DNA from: an uncultured Planctomycetia bacterium
Lineage (GTDB): Bacteria; Omnitrophota; Gorgyraeia; Duberdicusellales; 4484-171
Reading direction: 5' to 3'
Length of the DNA stretch: 55,553 nt
Assembly: GCA_964455085.1 (NCBI GenBank)
Contig: CAYVYJ010000001.1
Coordinates: 84,475-140,027, forward strand
Shown here: positions 18,025-27,344 of the stretch, one piece after another
How the letters are laid out: every line of letters begins with the position of its first letter
Numbering within the stretch: position 1 is the first letter of the stretch
Translations under genes and position numbers: made by a program
The notes under the pieces: model-generated
Database searches by the model: none
Told to the model about the DNA's origin: nothing
What the model saw: the letters and a program-made list of their open reading frames with translations, nothing else

Positions 18025-20718
18025 TTAAAGAATCGGCAGGACAATTCGAACTTCGGTCCCCTTATTCGGCTGGCTATTAACTAGTAGAGAGCCATTATGG
18101 TTTTCAACAATAGTCTTAGACATAGCCAAGCCTAAACCAGTTCCTTTTTTACCCCTTTTAGTGGTAAAAAATGGTTCAAATATCTTGGGGAGATTTTCCG
18201 CCGATATACCTTCACCAGTATCAGTTACCTCGATTACACAAACTGACCCTCCTTTGGAGAACTCGGTTCCCGAGGCTTTATAAGTTTTAACCTTGATTCC
18301 GCCGCCATCAGACATAGCATCAATTGAGTTGATAAAAAGGTTAAACAAAACCTGGTGTAGCTGATTACTGTCTACCTCAATATAGATGTTTTCTTTGGAG
18401 AACTCAGTAGTAATATCCACGTTTACTAAAGCCAACCGATATTTAAGCAAAGATAAAGTATCTTCAACTAAATCCTTAGGTATGATCTTCTCTTTCTTAA
18501 TTTCCGAAGGCATAGCAAACTTTATTAAGTTACGAACAATAGTATCGGCTCTTAACGTAGATTCTTTTATTTTCTTTAAAGCGGTCGTAACGTCATTATC
18601 CTTAGATTTTAGCTTTCGCTCCAGATATTCGGTGCCACCAAGAATAATCCCTAAAGGATTCTTCACCTCATGGGCTATGCCGGAAGAGAATCTTCCTAAA
18701 GCTGCAAGTTTTTCCGACTGGACTAAACCATATTGAGCCTCTTCAAGCTTAGCTGAAGCATGGCTCAATTCTTCACTGGCTTTTATCCGCTCCTCTTCTA
18801 TCCCTATAGCTGAGGCAATGATTCCTAAAAACTTCTTATCTTCATTACCCAATAAAGGCTCATTTTTATAAATACCGCAGACTACGCCTATTGGTTTACC
18901 CCGGCATTTAACTGTCTGACCGATATAGGTACGGAATTGATAAAGCGAACAAATGGGATCTTTCCTAATATAATCAGAATGGGGTAAATTATATACAGTC
19001 AAAACTCCTTCTTCGCCTTTATTAATTACATCGGAACAAATACTATCAGAATACTTACCCTCAACTACATAGCCAGCCGGGGGTTTATAGCGGGCTAAAG
19101 AATCGTAATTATCTTCCTTAAAATTAATGCGATTGTAAAAGGCGGAACTTGTTCCCAGAATATCGCCACAGAGAGTAACTAATTGTTGGATATTATCTAA
19201 AGAATCAGCACCTAAATTTAGTAAACATTCGTTGGTCTGACTTAAGCGATGTTCATCCTTTTTACGCTGAATAACTCCGGCTAAAGTAGTAGTAATCGTA
19301 TTTAAAAAGTCTTCTTCCTTTTTCTCCCGCTTATGCCCTTTCTCTAAATATACGCCGATTGCTCCCACTATGTTCCCGGCATAGATAATCGGGCTACAAT
19401 AGCTAGCATAGGATTCTTTAGTTTTACTCTTAGTCTGAATGTTTTTTTCAAGACCATCATCGAATTGGAAATCCCCCGAAGCTGCTGCCCGGCCGCAAAC
19501 TCCCTTACCAAAAGGAATCCGTCGATATTCCCGTTGTAAGGCTTGCGGTAGCCGGCTTTGAACCTTCAACGTTAAAACCTGAGGGTCTTTTTCTACCAGA
19601 AATATTGCACCTCTGACATCTGAAGAAAACGAAGGGGCTGAGAGAATGATGTTAAGCGCACACTTTAAGAACCCCTCTAAAGAAACACTTTCCAGGGAGA
19701 AACGCAGGAGAGAATTTATTGCTGCTTGGGCACGATAGCTATGGCGAATCTCCTCCTCCTGCCGGTTAATCTTAGTGAAGTCCTCAACCGTCTCAATCAC
19801 CGCTATAATCTGCTCTTCTTTATTCTCCACCGGAAAAGAAATTACCTTATAAACCGCTCTTGCCCCTCTTAAATTAGTCTTCATTAAAGTCTCCTGAGTC
19901 TCTTTGCTGGCTAAAGCCTTGCAGGTGGGACAAACTTTACAAGGGTCCTTGGAGAAATTGCTAAAGATGTTATGACAGGCGGAGGTCTCGGAAAATTCTT
20001 TACCGGAAAACCACTTTTTCATCTGTTTATTCATATATAGTAATTCCATCTGAGGAGATACTAAAGATACCCCGATACGAATATTATCAATTATGCTCTT
20101 ATACCCCTCTTCGGTCTTTTTCAACACACCCTCAGCCTGTTGGTGAGTAGTGATGTCCATGCCGACACTAACCACATACTTAGCAAAACCCCGATTATCG
20201 AAAACAACATTATTGGCCCACTTTATTAATCTCAGGCTTCCGTCTTTACAGATCCAGGGATCTTCATACTCCTTAGGGAACTCACCCCGCTTTAGATCAG
20301 ATAAATCATCCTTTGCTGTTTGAGCATCCTTTTTATTAAGAAACACCTCCCAAAAATGTTTACCCTTAACCTCTTCAAAAGAATAGCCGGTTATCCGCTC
20401 ACAGGTGTTATTGAAACGAATAATTCGTCCTAATGAGTCAAAAACTACTACTAGCGACTCTACCCTATCTAAAAGTGAAGGAATCAAGTCGTAGCTGTCT
20501 TTGGCCTCCTCTTCAAGCTTTTTCTGGCGGCGGCTGATAAGCTGGAAGTAAGCACTAGCAACAGTTAAAAAGGAAACTATTGTCAGGCGTAACCAGAAAA
20601 TATAGACTGAGGGATTAAACACTATATCGACAAAATTGCCTTGATCAAAGATAAAAGCATCCACTCCCGACCAGAGAACCCAATAGAGTAAACTGAGGAT
20701 AATTGAGAAGATTATCAT
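18025..20718 (-). CDS. Multi-sensor histidine kinase (2 TM, PAS, Cys-rich PAS-like, GAF-like modules, HisKA, HATPase)
   Basis: 897 aa with H-box GIAHEVKNPL, N/G boxes (NLFINSIDAM, DTGEGI, GTGLGL) and PAS-like blocks near the N-terminus. Confidence 0.9.
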   Translation of the reverse strand: MIIFSIILSLLYWVLWSGVDAFIFDQGNFVDIVFNPSVYIFWLRLTIVSFLTVASAYFQLISRRQKKLEEEAKDSYDLIPSLLDRVESLVVVFDSLGRIIRFNNTCERITGYSFEEVKGKHFWEVFLNKKDAQTAKDDLSDLKRGEFPKEYEDPWICKDGSLRLIKWANNVVFDNRGFAKYVVSVGMDITTHQQAEGVLKKTEEGYKSIIDNIRIGVSLVSPQMELLYMNKQMKKWFSGKEFSETSACHNIFSNFSKDPCKVCPTCKALASKETQETLMKTNLRGARAVYKVISFPVENKEEQIIAVIETVEDFTKINRQEEEIRHSYRAQAAINSLLRFSLESVSLEGFLKCALNIILSAPSFSSDVRGAIFLVEKDPQVLTLKVQSRLPQALQREYRRIPFGKGVCGRAAASGDFQFDDGLEKNIQTKSKTKESYASYCSPIIYAGNIVGAIGVYLEKGHKREKKEEDFLNTITTTLAGVIQRKKDEHRLSQTNECLLNLGADSLDNIQQLVTLCGDILGTSSAFYNRINFKEDNYDSLARYKPPAGYVVEGKYSDSICSDVINKGEEGVLTVYNLPHSDYIRKDPICSLYQFRTYIGQTVKCRGKPIGVVCGIYKNEPLLGNEDKKFLGIIASAIGIEEERIKASEELSHASAKLEEAQYGLVQSEKLAALGRFSSGIAHEVKNPLGIILGGTEYLERKLKSKDNDVTTALKKIKESTLRADTIVRNLIKFAMPSEIKKEKIIPKDLVEDTLSLLKYRLALVNVDITTEFSKENIYIEVDSNQLHQVLFNLFINSIDAMSDGGGIKVKTYKASGTEFSKGGSVCVIEVTDTGEGISAENLPKIFEPFFTTKRGKKGTGLGLAMSKTIVENHNGSLLVNSQPNKGTEVRIVLPIL

Positions 20719-20856
20719 TTCAAGAACATTTTAACCCCTCCTCAAGAGGTGTCAATAGGCCTTTACAGAAAAAGAATACACTTTACAATATTTTTTATAT
20801 TGCTATATTTAACCTACTAGCCTATCAGCGGATTAAATCTTAAAAGACTATATTAT

Positions 20857-21561
20857 ATGTTCAGCACCTATCTAAAAGCAGTCAGAGATATATTTTTTCC
20901 TTGCCTCTGTCTTTATTGTGGGAAAAAGATTAATCAAGGTTACCTCTGCGGCCAGTGTTTGGGAAAGATAGTCTTTCTTGCCCCGCCGCGCTGCCGCTAT
21001 TGTGCCCGAGTGGTGGAGACGGAGACCGGCGGCACCTGCAATAGGTGTTGGCAAAAAGTCTACCCCTACCACAGGCTTATCAGTGCTACTACCTACCAAG
21101 AGCCGATGAGGAGTTTAATCCATCTATTTAAATACAAAAATTATGATTATCTTGCCGGTTTCCTGGCCTCTCTAATTAAAAAATACCTATTTAAAATAGG
21201 CTTTAATCCTAATAATTACCATCTGATCATCCCGGTTCCCCTGCATCGTAATAAGTTAAAAATAAGAGGATATAATCAAGCCGGACTCCTAGCAAAATTG
21301 TTATCAAAGTATTTTAAAATCCCTTTCCGGGATGATATAATAAACAATGCAAATATCCGTCCTTCTCAGGTAAAACTACCCCAACAAAGAAGGAAGACCA
21401 ATGTTCAAGGGATATTTGCGGTAAGTGAGGGCCTAAAATACCGAAGAATAATTCTCGTTGATGATATTTTTACTACTGGGGCAACAGTCAGTGCCTGTTC
21501 CAAAGCTTTAGGCGAAAAGGGAGCCGAGAGAATTACCGTAATAACTTTATCAAAAACCTAA
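20857..21561 (+). CDS. comF: ComF-family protein (zinc-finger plus phosphoribosyltransferase domain)
   Basis: N-terminal CxxC...CxxC...CxxC...CxxC and the PRTase loop ILVDDIFTTGATV. Confidence 0.85.
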   Translation: MFSTYLKAVRDIFFPCLCLYCGKKINQGYLCGQCLGKIVFLAPPRCRYCARVVETETGGTCNRCWQKVYPYHRLISATTYQEPMRSLIHLFKYKNYDYLAGFLASLIKKYLFKIGFNPNNYHLIIPVPLHRNKLKIRGYNQAGLLAKLLSKYFKIPFRDDIINNANIRPSQVKLPQQRRKTNVQGIFAVSEGLKYRRIILVDDIFTTGATVSACSKALGEKGAERITVITLSKT

Positions 21562-21577
21562 CCAAATTAATTAAGCC

Positions 21578-22654
21578 ATGAAGATTTTAAGAAACTACAT
21601 CATTAAAGATTTCTTGTCTGTATTTATCTTCTCATTTCTTATCCTGAGCATGGTAATGCTTATGGGCAATATGATGAAGATATCCGATATGATAGTAAGA
21701 AAAGGGGTCAACATCATTGATGCCTTGAAAATCCTCTTTTACTTTATTCCCTACCTCTTAGGGTTCACTATTCCCTTAGCTTTTCTCTTAGGCGTCTTAT
21801 TAGTTATGGGCCGGTTAATCTCGGATAACGAAATTGTAGCTATCCGGGTAGCCGGAATATCTTTATTTAAAATTCTAAACATCTTTTTGATCCTGGGATT
21901 TATCTTCTCTCTGCTTCTCTTCATCCTTAATGACCGGGTGATTCCCGATTTTCATTATCGCTATCGCAGTGAAATAAAGAACATTTATTCTAAAAACATC
22001 TCAGCCCTTATCGAACCAGGGGTGTTCTTAGAGCACTTTGATAACTATATCCTTTATGTTACCGATAAAAATGAGAATAAATTAAAGAATATCTTCATCT
22101 ATGAGATTGATCAGAAACAAAAGTCAACTAAAGTGACCTTTGCTAAAAACGGTGAATTCATCGTCGAAGGGGATATTCTAAAAATAAAACTTGAAGATGG
22201 TTTTCGAGATGAGACACTTTCTAAGGAGAAAATGGAGCTCTATCGACTTAACTTCAAAATTTTCTTTATGGATATTCCGATACAAAAACAAGAAAAAGTA
22301 AAGGTGAGCAAAAAACCCTCGGATATGCGGTTGGAAGAACTACGCCGAAAAATATCCTTGCTCAACGCCCCGGAATTACGCGGTGAGTTCCATAAAAGAA
22401 TCAGCTTCTCTTTCGCCTGTCTGGCCTTTATTGTCTTCGGCTTTGGTATATCTTTGGTAGTAAAACACCGCGAAAAATCGATAAATTTCGGTATTGCTTT
22501 TTTAACTGCCGGGGTTTACTACTTACTATTCATCCTGGGAGAAACTCTTCTTGAATATCGCTTCATTGCCCCTTCTTTAGGCATGTGGTTTCCCAATGTA
22601 ATTGTAGTCTCCTTAGGAGGATACCTTATTTTTAAAAATGCGCATCCTAGATAA
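21578..22654 (+). CDS. lptF: LPS export permease, LptF/LptG (YjgP/YjgQ) family
   Basis: 358 aa with a 3+3 TM layout around a soluble beta-jellyroll-like insert. It is paired with a paralog downstream. Assigning F versus G is by gene order only. Confidence 0.75.
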   Translation: MKILRNYIIKDFLSVFIFSFLILSMVMLMGNMMKISDMIVRKGVNIIDALKILFYFIPYLLGFTIPLAFLLGVLLVMGRLISDNEIVAIRVAGISLFKILNIFLILGFIFSLLLFILNDRVIPDFHYRYRSEIKNIYSKNISALIEPGVFLEHFDNYILYVTDKNENKLKNIFIYEIDQKQKSTKVTFAKNGEFIVEGDILKIKLEDGFRDETLSKEKMELYRLNFKIFFMDIPIQKQEKVKVSKKPSDMRLEELRRKISLLNAPELRGEFHKRISFSFACLAFIVFGFGISLVVKHREKSINFGIAFLTAGVYYLLFILGETLLEYRFIAPSLGMWFPNVIVVSLGGYLIFKNAHPR

Positions 22655-23726
22655 ATATATTGTAAAGAATGTCAGTCTGGGGTATTTATTTGTCCTTCTA
22701 GTATTTGTAGGGCTCTATTTTATCGCCGATATCTTTACCAACCTATCGGATATCCTAAAAACTAAAACCCCGATATTTATTCTTGGCCAATATTATTTAT
22801 CCTCACTGCCCTTAATAATTTTGCGGGTAAGTCCGCTATCGTTACTTATAAGCACACTTTATACCTTTGGGGAATTAAACAAGAACAATGAAATCATAAG
22901 CATTCGAGCTTCCGGAATCAGTATCATAAGGATTGCCATGCCGGTAATACTTTTTTCCTTGCTTCTTTCGGTGTCAATATTCTTCCTCCAAGAGAAAACC
23001 CTGATGACGTCTCAGCGAAAGGTCGATGAGATAAAAACCCAGTTTATAAAAAAGAGTTTCTCTGGTGCTAGTGAAGAGCGAAATCTTGCTTTTACCTCCG
23101 GAGACCGGATATTTTTCGTTCAGAGATTCCGTCCCAAAAAAGGGATTTTAGATAATGTTATAATCTTTAAAGAGGGGGAGAGCAGGAGACTTGAGAAAAA
23201 AATAGTCTGCAAAGAGATTGCTTATGAATATGGATTTTGGATTGCCAAAAATCTCATCGAATACAATCTGAACAGCAAAGGAGATATAATTGGTAACCCC
23301 ACTTCTTTTAAGACCAAAAAAATCGGCTTAAAAGAGAGGCCCCGGGAACTCCTCTTAAAAAGGAGTATTTTTTCCCAGTTCTCCTCTTTAAATAATTTAA
23401 CCCAGGAAATTCGCCGACTTAAGAAGGTAAAGGCCGGTAAGTTGCTGGGGAGCTTAACAATTGACTACTACCAAAAGATAGCTGAGCCTTTCTCGCATCT
23501 TTTTCTGGTTATCGGCATCTTGCCTTTAGCTTTAGAAATTAAAAAAAGGAAAGTAGCTCTTTCTTCTTTGGGAACCGGTTTTATCTTCAGCTTCATCTAC
23601 TATGTCCTTTCCTCCTTCAGCGTTGCTTTAGGCAAATCAGGGGTTCTCCTGCCCTTTCTTAGTGTAGGCTTAGCCCCTCTCTTCTTCCTGGCTGTCGGTA
23701 TAAGCGGCCTAATTTTAATTAGATAA
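22638..23726 (+). CDS. lptG: LPS export permease, LptF/LptG (YjgP/YjgQ) family
   Basis: 362 aa with the N-terminus RILDKYI typical of the family. It overlaps lptF by 17 nt. Confidence 0.75.
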   Translation: MRILDKYIVKNVSLGYLFVLLVFVGLYFIADIFTNLSDILKTKTPIFILGQYYLSSLPLIILRVSPLSLLISTLYTFGELNKNNEIISIRASGISIIRIAMPVILFSLLLSVSIFFLQEKTLMTSQRKVDEIKTQFIKKSFSGASEERNLAFTSGDRIFFVQRFRPKKGILDNVIIFKEGESRRLEKKIVCKEIAYEYGFWIAKNLIEYNLNSKGDIIGNPTSFKTKKIGLKERPRELLLKRSIFSQFSSLNNLTQEIRRLKKVKAGKLLGSLTIDYYQKIAEPFSHLFLVIGILPLALEIKKRKVALSSLGTGFIFSFIYYVLSSFSVALGKSGVLLPFLSVGLAPLFFLAVGISGLILIR

Positions 23727-24834
23727 GGGAATTCTTATATATCCGGGGTATTTTTAACGAGAGGCAGCTGATAATCTCATAGGGAATAGTATTGGCTCTT
23801 TTGGCCAGTTCCTCAGCACTGATTCTTAAACCTTGATTCTCACCCAGTAGGATAACCTCATCACCAGCTTTGATATCAACTCTTGTCCCTAAATCAACCA
23901 TGATATGATCCATACAGACCCGACCGGCAAGATTAAAAAACCGATTCTTGATAATTACCTTACCCTTATTGGATAAAGCCCAAGGGTAGCCGTCAGCATA
24001 ACCGACAGCTACGGTGGCAATGCTGCGTAAGCTCTTAACAATGTAGTTGCGGCCATAACTTATACCTCTCCCCTTTGAGGCACGCTTAACAAAAATAACC
24101 TTTGACTTCAACGCAAGAACCGGCTTAACCTCTAAGTTAACTTGCTGCATAGGCTTCACTCCATAGAGAATAAGGCCTGGTCTAACCATATTAAAGTGAG
24201 CATTAGGATAATTTATTATCCCGATACTGTTAGCACAGTGGCAAAACTTAAACCTTATTTTTTGGCTAGCCAATGTCCTAATAAAGCGATTAAAGGCGTC
24301 AATCTGACGGTTGGTAAAATCGCGATCAGTATCGGCAACCGGAAAGTGAGTATAAATACCTTCTAAGGATAAATTCTTAAAACCAGCCAAACGCTTGATG
24401 AAACTATGGGCTTGGCTGTGATAAGGCCCTAATCTTCCCATGCCAGTATCAATCTTTACATGAACTGGGATAATCTTCTTAGCTACTGCTGCGGCCTGAT
24501 CTAGCTTTTTGGCAAAACCTAAATCAACAATAGTGGGGATTATTTTATGCTTAATGAAAGCATCAACGAATTCCCCTAGAATTGCGCTTAAGACCAGGAG
24601 TGAACCTTTAAAACCATTTTCTCTTAAACTAATTGCCTCCTCAACGCTCCCCAAACCGAAGAAATCAACCCCGCTTTTACTCAACTCTTTGGCTATCGGT
24701 ATTAAACCATGACCATAAGCCGATTGTTTTATGGTGGCAACTAACTTAACTCCCGGACCAAGGTGATTTTTAATAGCTTTAAGATTACTTCTTAAAGCAG
24801 CCAAATCTACTTCTATCCATAAGGGTCTAATCAT
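23719..24834 (-). CDS. alr: Alanine racemase
   Basis: PLP-Lys context ATIKQSAYGHG and the late GYADGY motif; 371 aa. Confidence 0.92.
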   Translation of the reverse strand: MIRPLWIEVDLAALRSNLKAIKNHLGPGVKLVATIKQSAYGHGLIPIAKELSKSGVDFFGLGSVEEAISLRENGFKGSLLVLSAILGEFVDAFIKHKIIPTIVDLGFAKKLDQAAAVAKKIIPVHVKIDTGMGRLGPYHSQAHSFIKRLAGFKNLSLEGIYTHFPVADTDRDFTNRQIDAFNRFIRTLASQKIRFKFCHCANSIGIINYPNAHFNMVRPGLILYGVKPMQQVNLEVKPVLALKSKVIFVKRASKGRGISYGRNYIVKSLRSIATVAVGYADGYPWALSNKGKVIIKNRFFNLAGRVCMDHIMVDLGTRVDIKAGDEVILLGENQGLRISAEELAKRANTIPYEIISCLSLKIPRIYKNSLI

Positions 24835-24839
24835 AATAG

Positions 24840-25508
24840 TTACTTTTTTCGCCTCACCTGGGGAGCCTTAGAATGCAAATACAAGGGCCTCAGCTTCTCC
24901 AAACTGGTGAACTTCTCCTTATTATAATATATTTCAGCTAAAGGCATAAGATATTTTGCCCGGGGGTAGACATCCTGAGAATAGATACTTGGTTGGGAAT
25001 TAAGCCCTAAAATTTGTCGGCGCAAATTCAAATCATAAGTGATAAAAAGATAATCGCCGTCTACTTTCTTCAACTGATCCCAAGTAACCAATTTGGCTTT
25101 AGCCTCTTTAACCAAATTATCTCCCTGGCACTTAAAAGAAGCTAAATAAATCAGGCCTCGCCGAGCGTCGGCGATAACCGCTATCCTTTTAGCCTTATTT
25201 TTAAAGGGATGAGCGCAGGAGTAAAAAGAAGAAATGGTAATCGCCGGTTTCTTGGTTGCCAGCATAAAGGCCTTAACAATGCTAAAAGAAATCCGCAAAC
25301 CAGTAAATGAACCCGGGCCAGAGCCGATAACAAAAACATCTATATCCGATAAATTTAATTTTAATTTTTTTAAATTCTGATCAACAAAACTTATCAGTTG
25401 TGATGCTCCAAACTTAATCCTCCGGTTAAAATCAATCTCCTTATCAGCACCCTTCCTTATATAGAGCGAAAGATTCTCGCTTGAGGCATCAACAGCTAAG
25501 ATATTCAT
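24840..25508 (-). CDS. tsaB: tRNA t6A37 biosynthesis protein TsaB
   Basis: M22-like fold with GPGSFTGLRI. It is adjacent to and overlaps tsaE (ATGA). Confidence 0.85.
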   Translation of the reverse strand: MNILAVDASSENLSLYIRKGADKEIDFNRRIKFGASQLISFVDQNLKKLKLNLSDIDVFVIGSGPGSFTGLRISFSIVKAFMLATKKPAITISSFYSCAHPFKNKAKRIAVIADARRGLIYLASFKCQGDNLVKEAKAKLVTWDQLKKVDGDYLFITYDLNLRRQILGLNSQPSIYSQDVYPRAKYLMPLAEIYYNKEKFTSLEKLRPLYLHSKAPQVRRKK

Positions 25509-25969
25509 AGTTTATAAATTTTCTTTATCGAATTTAGCCTTTGTTTGGGATAACCTTTGGTGGAAAACTTTATATCCCGATTATTCTGGCCCCTAAACTT
25601 AAACTCTACTCCGATATACTTATCTAACTCATCTCCTAACTTATTGCCCCATTCAATCAGCGTTATTATCTTATCGGAATAGAGAAAATCATCAACACCC
25701 AAATCAAATATCTCACTAAACTTTAGGCGATATAAGTCAAGATGGTAAACTGCTATATTTTTTAGCTCATATTGACGCAGCAAGGTAAACGAAGGGCTCA
25801 AGACCCTTCCCTTATAGCCTAACCCAGCCAGCAGACCTTTAGCAAAGGTAGTTTTTCCTCCGCCTAAGGCCCCCTCTAATACAACTACATCTCCTCCAGA
25901 TAAGAGCCGGGAAAATATCTTACCGAACTTAATCGTCTCAATAGCTGAGTTGCTGTTTAATTTAAGCAT
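25505..25969 (-). CDS. tsaE: tRNA t6A37 biosynthesis ATPase TsaE
   Basis: P-loop GALGGGKTTFAKG, plus SPSFTL and HLDLYR motifs. Confidence 0.88.
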   Translation of the reverse strand: MLKLNSNSAIETIKFGKIFSRLLSGGDVVVLEGALGGGKTTFAKGLLAGLGYKGRVLSPSFTLLRQYELKNIAVYHLDLYRLKFSEIFDLGVDDFLYSDKIITLIEWGNKLGDELDKYIGVEFKFRGQNNRDIKFSTKGYPKQRLNSIKKIYKL

Positions 25970-25973
25970 TATG

Positions 25974-26822
25974 CTAAAACTGACTGTATCCTTTAACCTT
26001 AACCCTGGATAATTTCCCCTTATCTTTCAGCTTATAACCAGAATTTTTAGGAGTTATTCTTCCGATACAATAAAACTTGCTTCTCAGAAGATTGATCTTC
26101 AATTCTCTCTTATCGACAGTAAAGATTAACTCATAATCTTCGCCGCGATAAAGGTCATTGACTCCTCTGGTTAAGGGAAGGGCTTCCCGCTCAATTACAG
26201 CGCCCTTTTTGCTTAATTTTAATATCCGGTATAAATCAAGAATCAAGCCGTCACTGATATCGATCATTGAATTGACCTTAAAGTTCTTAACTAAATACTG
26301 GGCCTCTTTAATCCTGGGTTCAAAAGGCTTATTAAATGGCCGAGTTCCCAACCGATTAGTTACAAAAATATAATCTCCGACCTTGGCGGTCGACCTAAGT
26401 ATTGGCTTCCGACAATTACCTATGCCCCAAACATCTAAAATTAGCTGATCCGAGGTACAAGTATCACCGCCGACTAAAGAAAATTTATATTTTTTAGCCA
26501 GCTTTAAGACTCCCCTTAATATTTGTTTAAGATACCGCTTATCCAAACCCCGGGACGCACCTAGCGATACGCCGATGAATTTAGGTACCCCGCCGCAGGC
26601 AGCGAAATCAGATAGGACCCTGGCTGTTGCCCGCCGGCCAATGTTCTCAAAACTTATATTTTTTAACTTAAAATGTACTCCTTCAATAAATAAGTCGCTC
26701 TTGAGGAGTAAGTTTTCCTTAGCCACTTTGACCACAGCACAATCATCACCAATGCCAACAGCTAAATTCTTAGCTAGCTTGGCCTTTCTCCTTAAATAGT
26801 CAATCCATTGCAATTCGTTCAT
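25974..26822 (-). CDS. thiL: Thiamine-monophosphate kinase
   Basis: AIR-synthase-like fold with IGDDCAVV and GGDT motifs. It is short at 282 aa. Confidence 0.82.
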   Translation of the reverse strand: MNELQWIDYLRRKAKLAKNLAVGIGDDCAVVKVAKENLLLKSDLFIEGVHFKLKNISFENIGRRATARVLSDFAACGGVPKFIGVSLGASRGLDKRYLKQILRGVLKLAKKYKFSLVGGDTCTSDQLILDVWGIGNCRKPILRSTAKVGDYIFVTNRLGTRPFNKPFEPRIKEAQYLVKNFKVNSMIDISDGLILDLYRILKLSKKGAVIEREALPLTRGVNDLYRGEDYELIFTVDKRELKINLLRSKFYCIGRITPKNSGYKLKDKGKLSRVKVKGYSQF

Positions 26823-26823
26823 C

Positions 26824-27327
26824 TTATTTTCCCGGCCGGGTATAAAGAATCAGCTGGTAATCACCTCTCTGGCTGGGATACTCAGCTCCGGCTTTGCGGA
26901 AACCATATTGGCCTAAGATGTGATTTATAGCCTGGTTATTAGAACGAGTTAAGGCATAACAGCCCTTACCTTTAAGTTGTCTAATCATTGCTTCCAGCAG
27001 CCTTCGGCTGTAGTTTTGACCCCGGGCTGCCGGGTTAATATACATCCAGCCGAGTTCCAATTGATAGCTGCCGGCTTTATCTCCAGATCCGGCTTGCTCA
27101 AAAACACTATCTCGATAGTAGTGGTAAGGACGCTTGATTGCACAGACTCCGGCTAATTCAGGACTTTTAAGAAAGAAGAGTTTCTCAGCCCGGTTTATTC
27201 TCTGTTCCAACCCATAAGAATCTACCTCACCACCTTGGATAACCATCCTTATGAATTCACTTACTTCGTAATCGCTGCATTCACTGGGTAACTTTACAAT
27301 AATTTCCATTGCTATATTATTCCACAA
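26824..27327 (-). CDS. GNAT-family N-acetyltransferase (unknown substrate)
   Basis: An acetyl-CoA pocket-like segment, RGQNYSRRLLEAMI...KG, followed by N..A...Y...GF. The ORF-track start is a GTG and an internal ATG lies at 27309. Neither has a clear SD, so the start is uncertain. Confidence 0.7.
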   Translation of the reverse strand: MWNNIAMEIIVKLPSECSDYEVSEFIRMVIQGGEVDSYGLEQRINRAEKLFFLKSPELAGVCAIKRPYHYYRDSVFEQAGSGDKAGSYQLELGWMYINPAARGQNYSRRLLEAMIRQLKGKGCYALTRSNNQAINHILGQYGFRKAGAEYPSQRGDYQLILYTRPGK

Positions 27328-27344
27328 CAGGTAAAAACCACCGG

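Noticed and set aside
20981-21060. A locally GC-rich stretch at the 5' end of comF, considered as a possible foreign segment.
   Set aside because: It encodes the Cys/Arg/Pro/Gly-rich zinc-finger part of ComF (PPRCRYCARVVETETGGTCNRCW). The composition follows from the amino acids, and the rest of the gene is ordinary.
23719-23726. An 8-nt convergent overlap of the lptG and alr 3' ends with no room for a terminator.
   Set aside because: It is real but trivial, reflecting compact genome packing. I can see no hairpin or regulatory signal associated with it.
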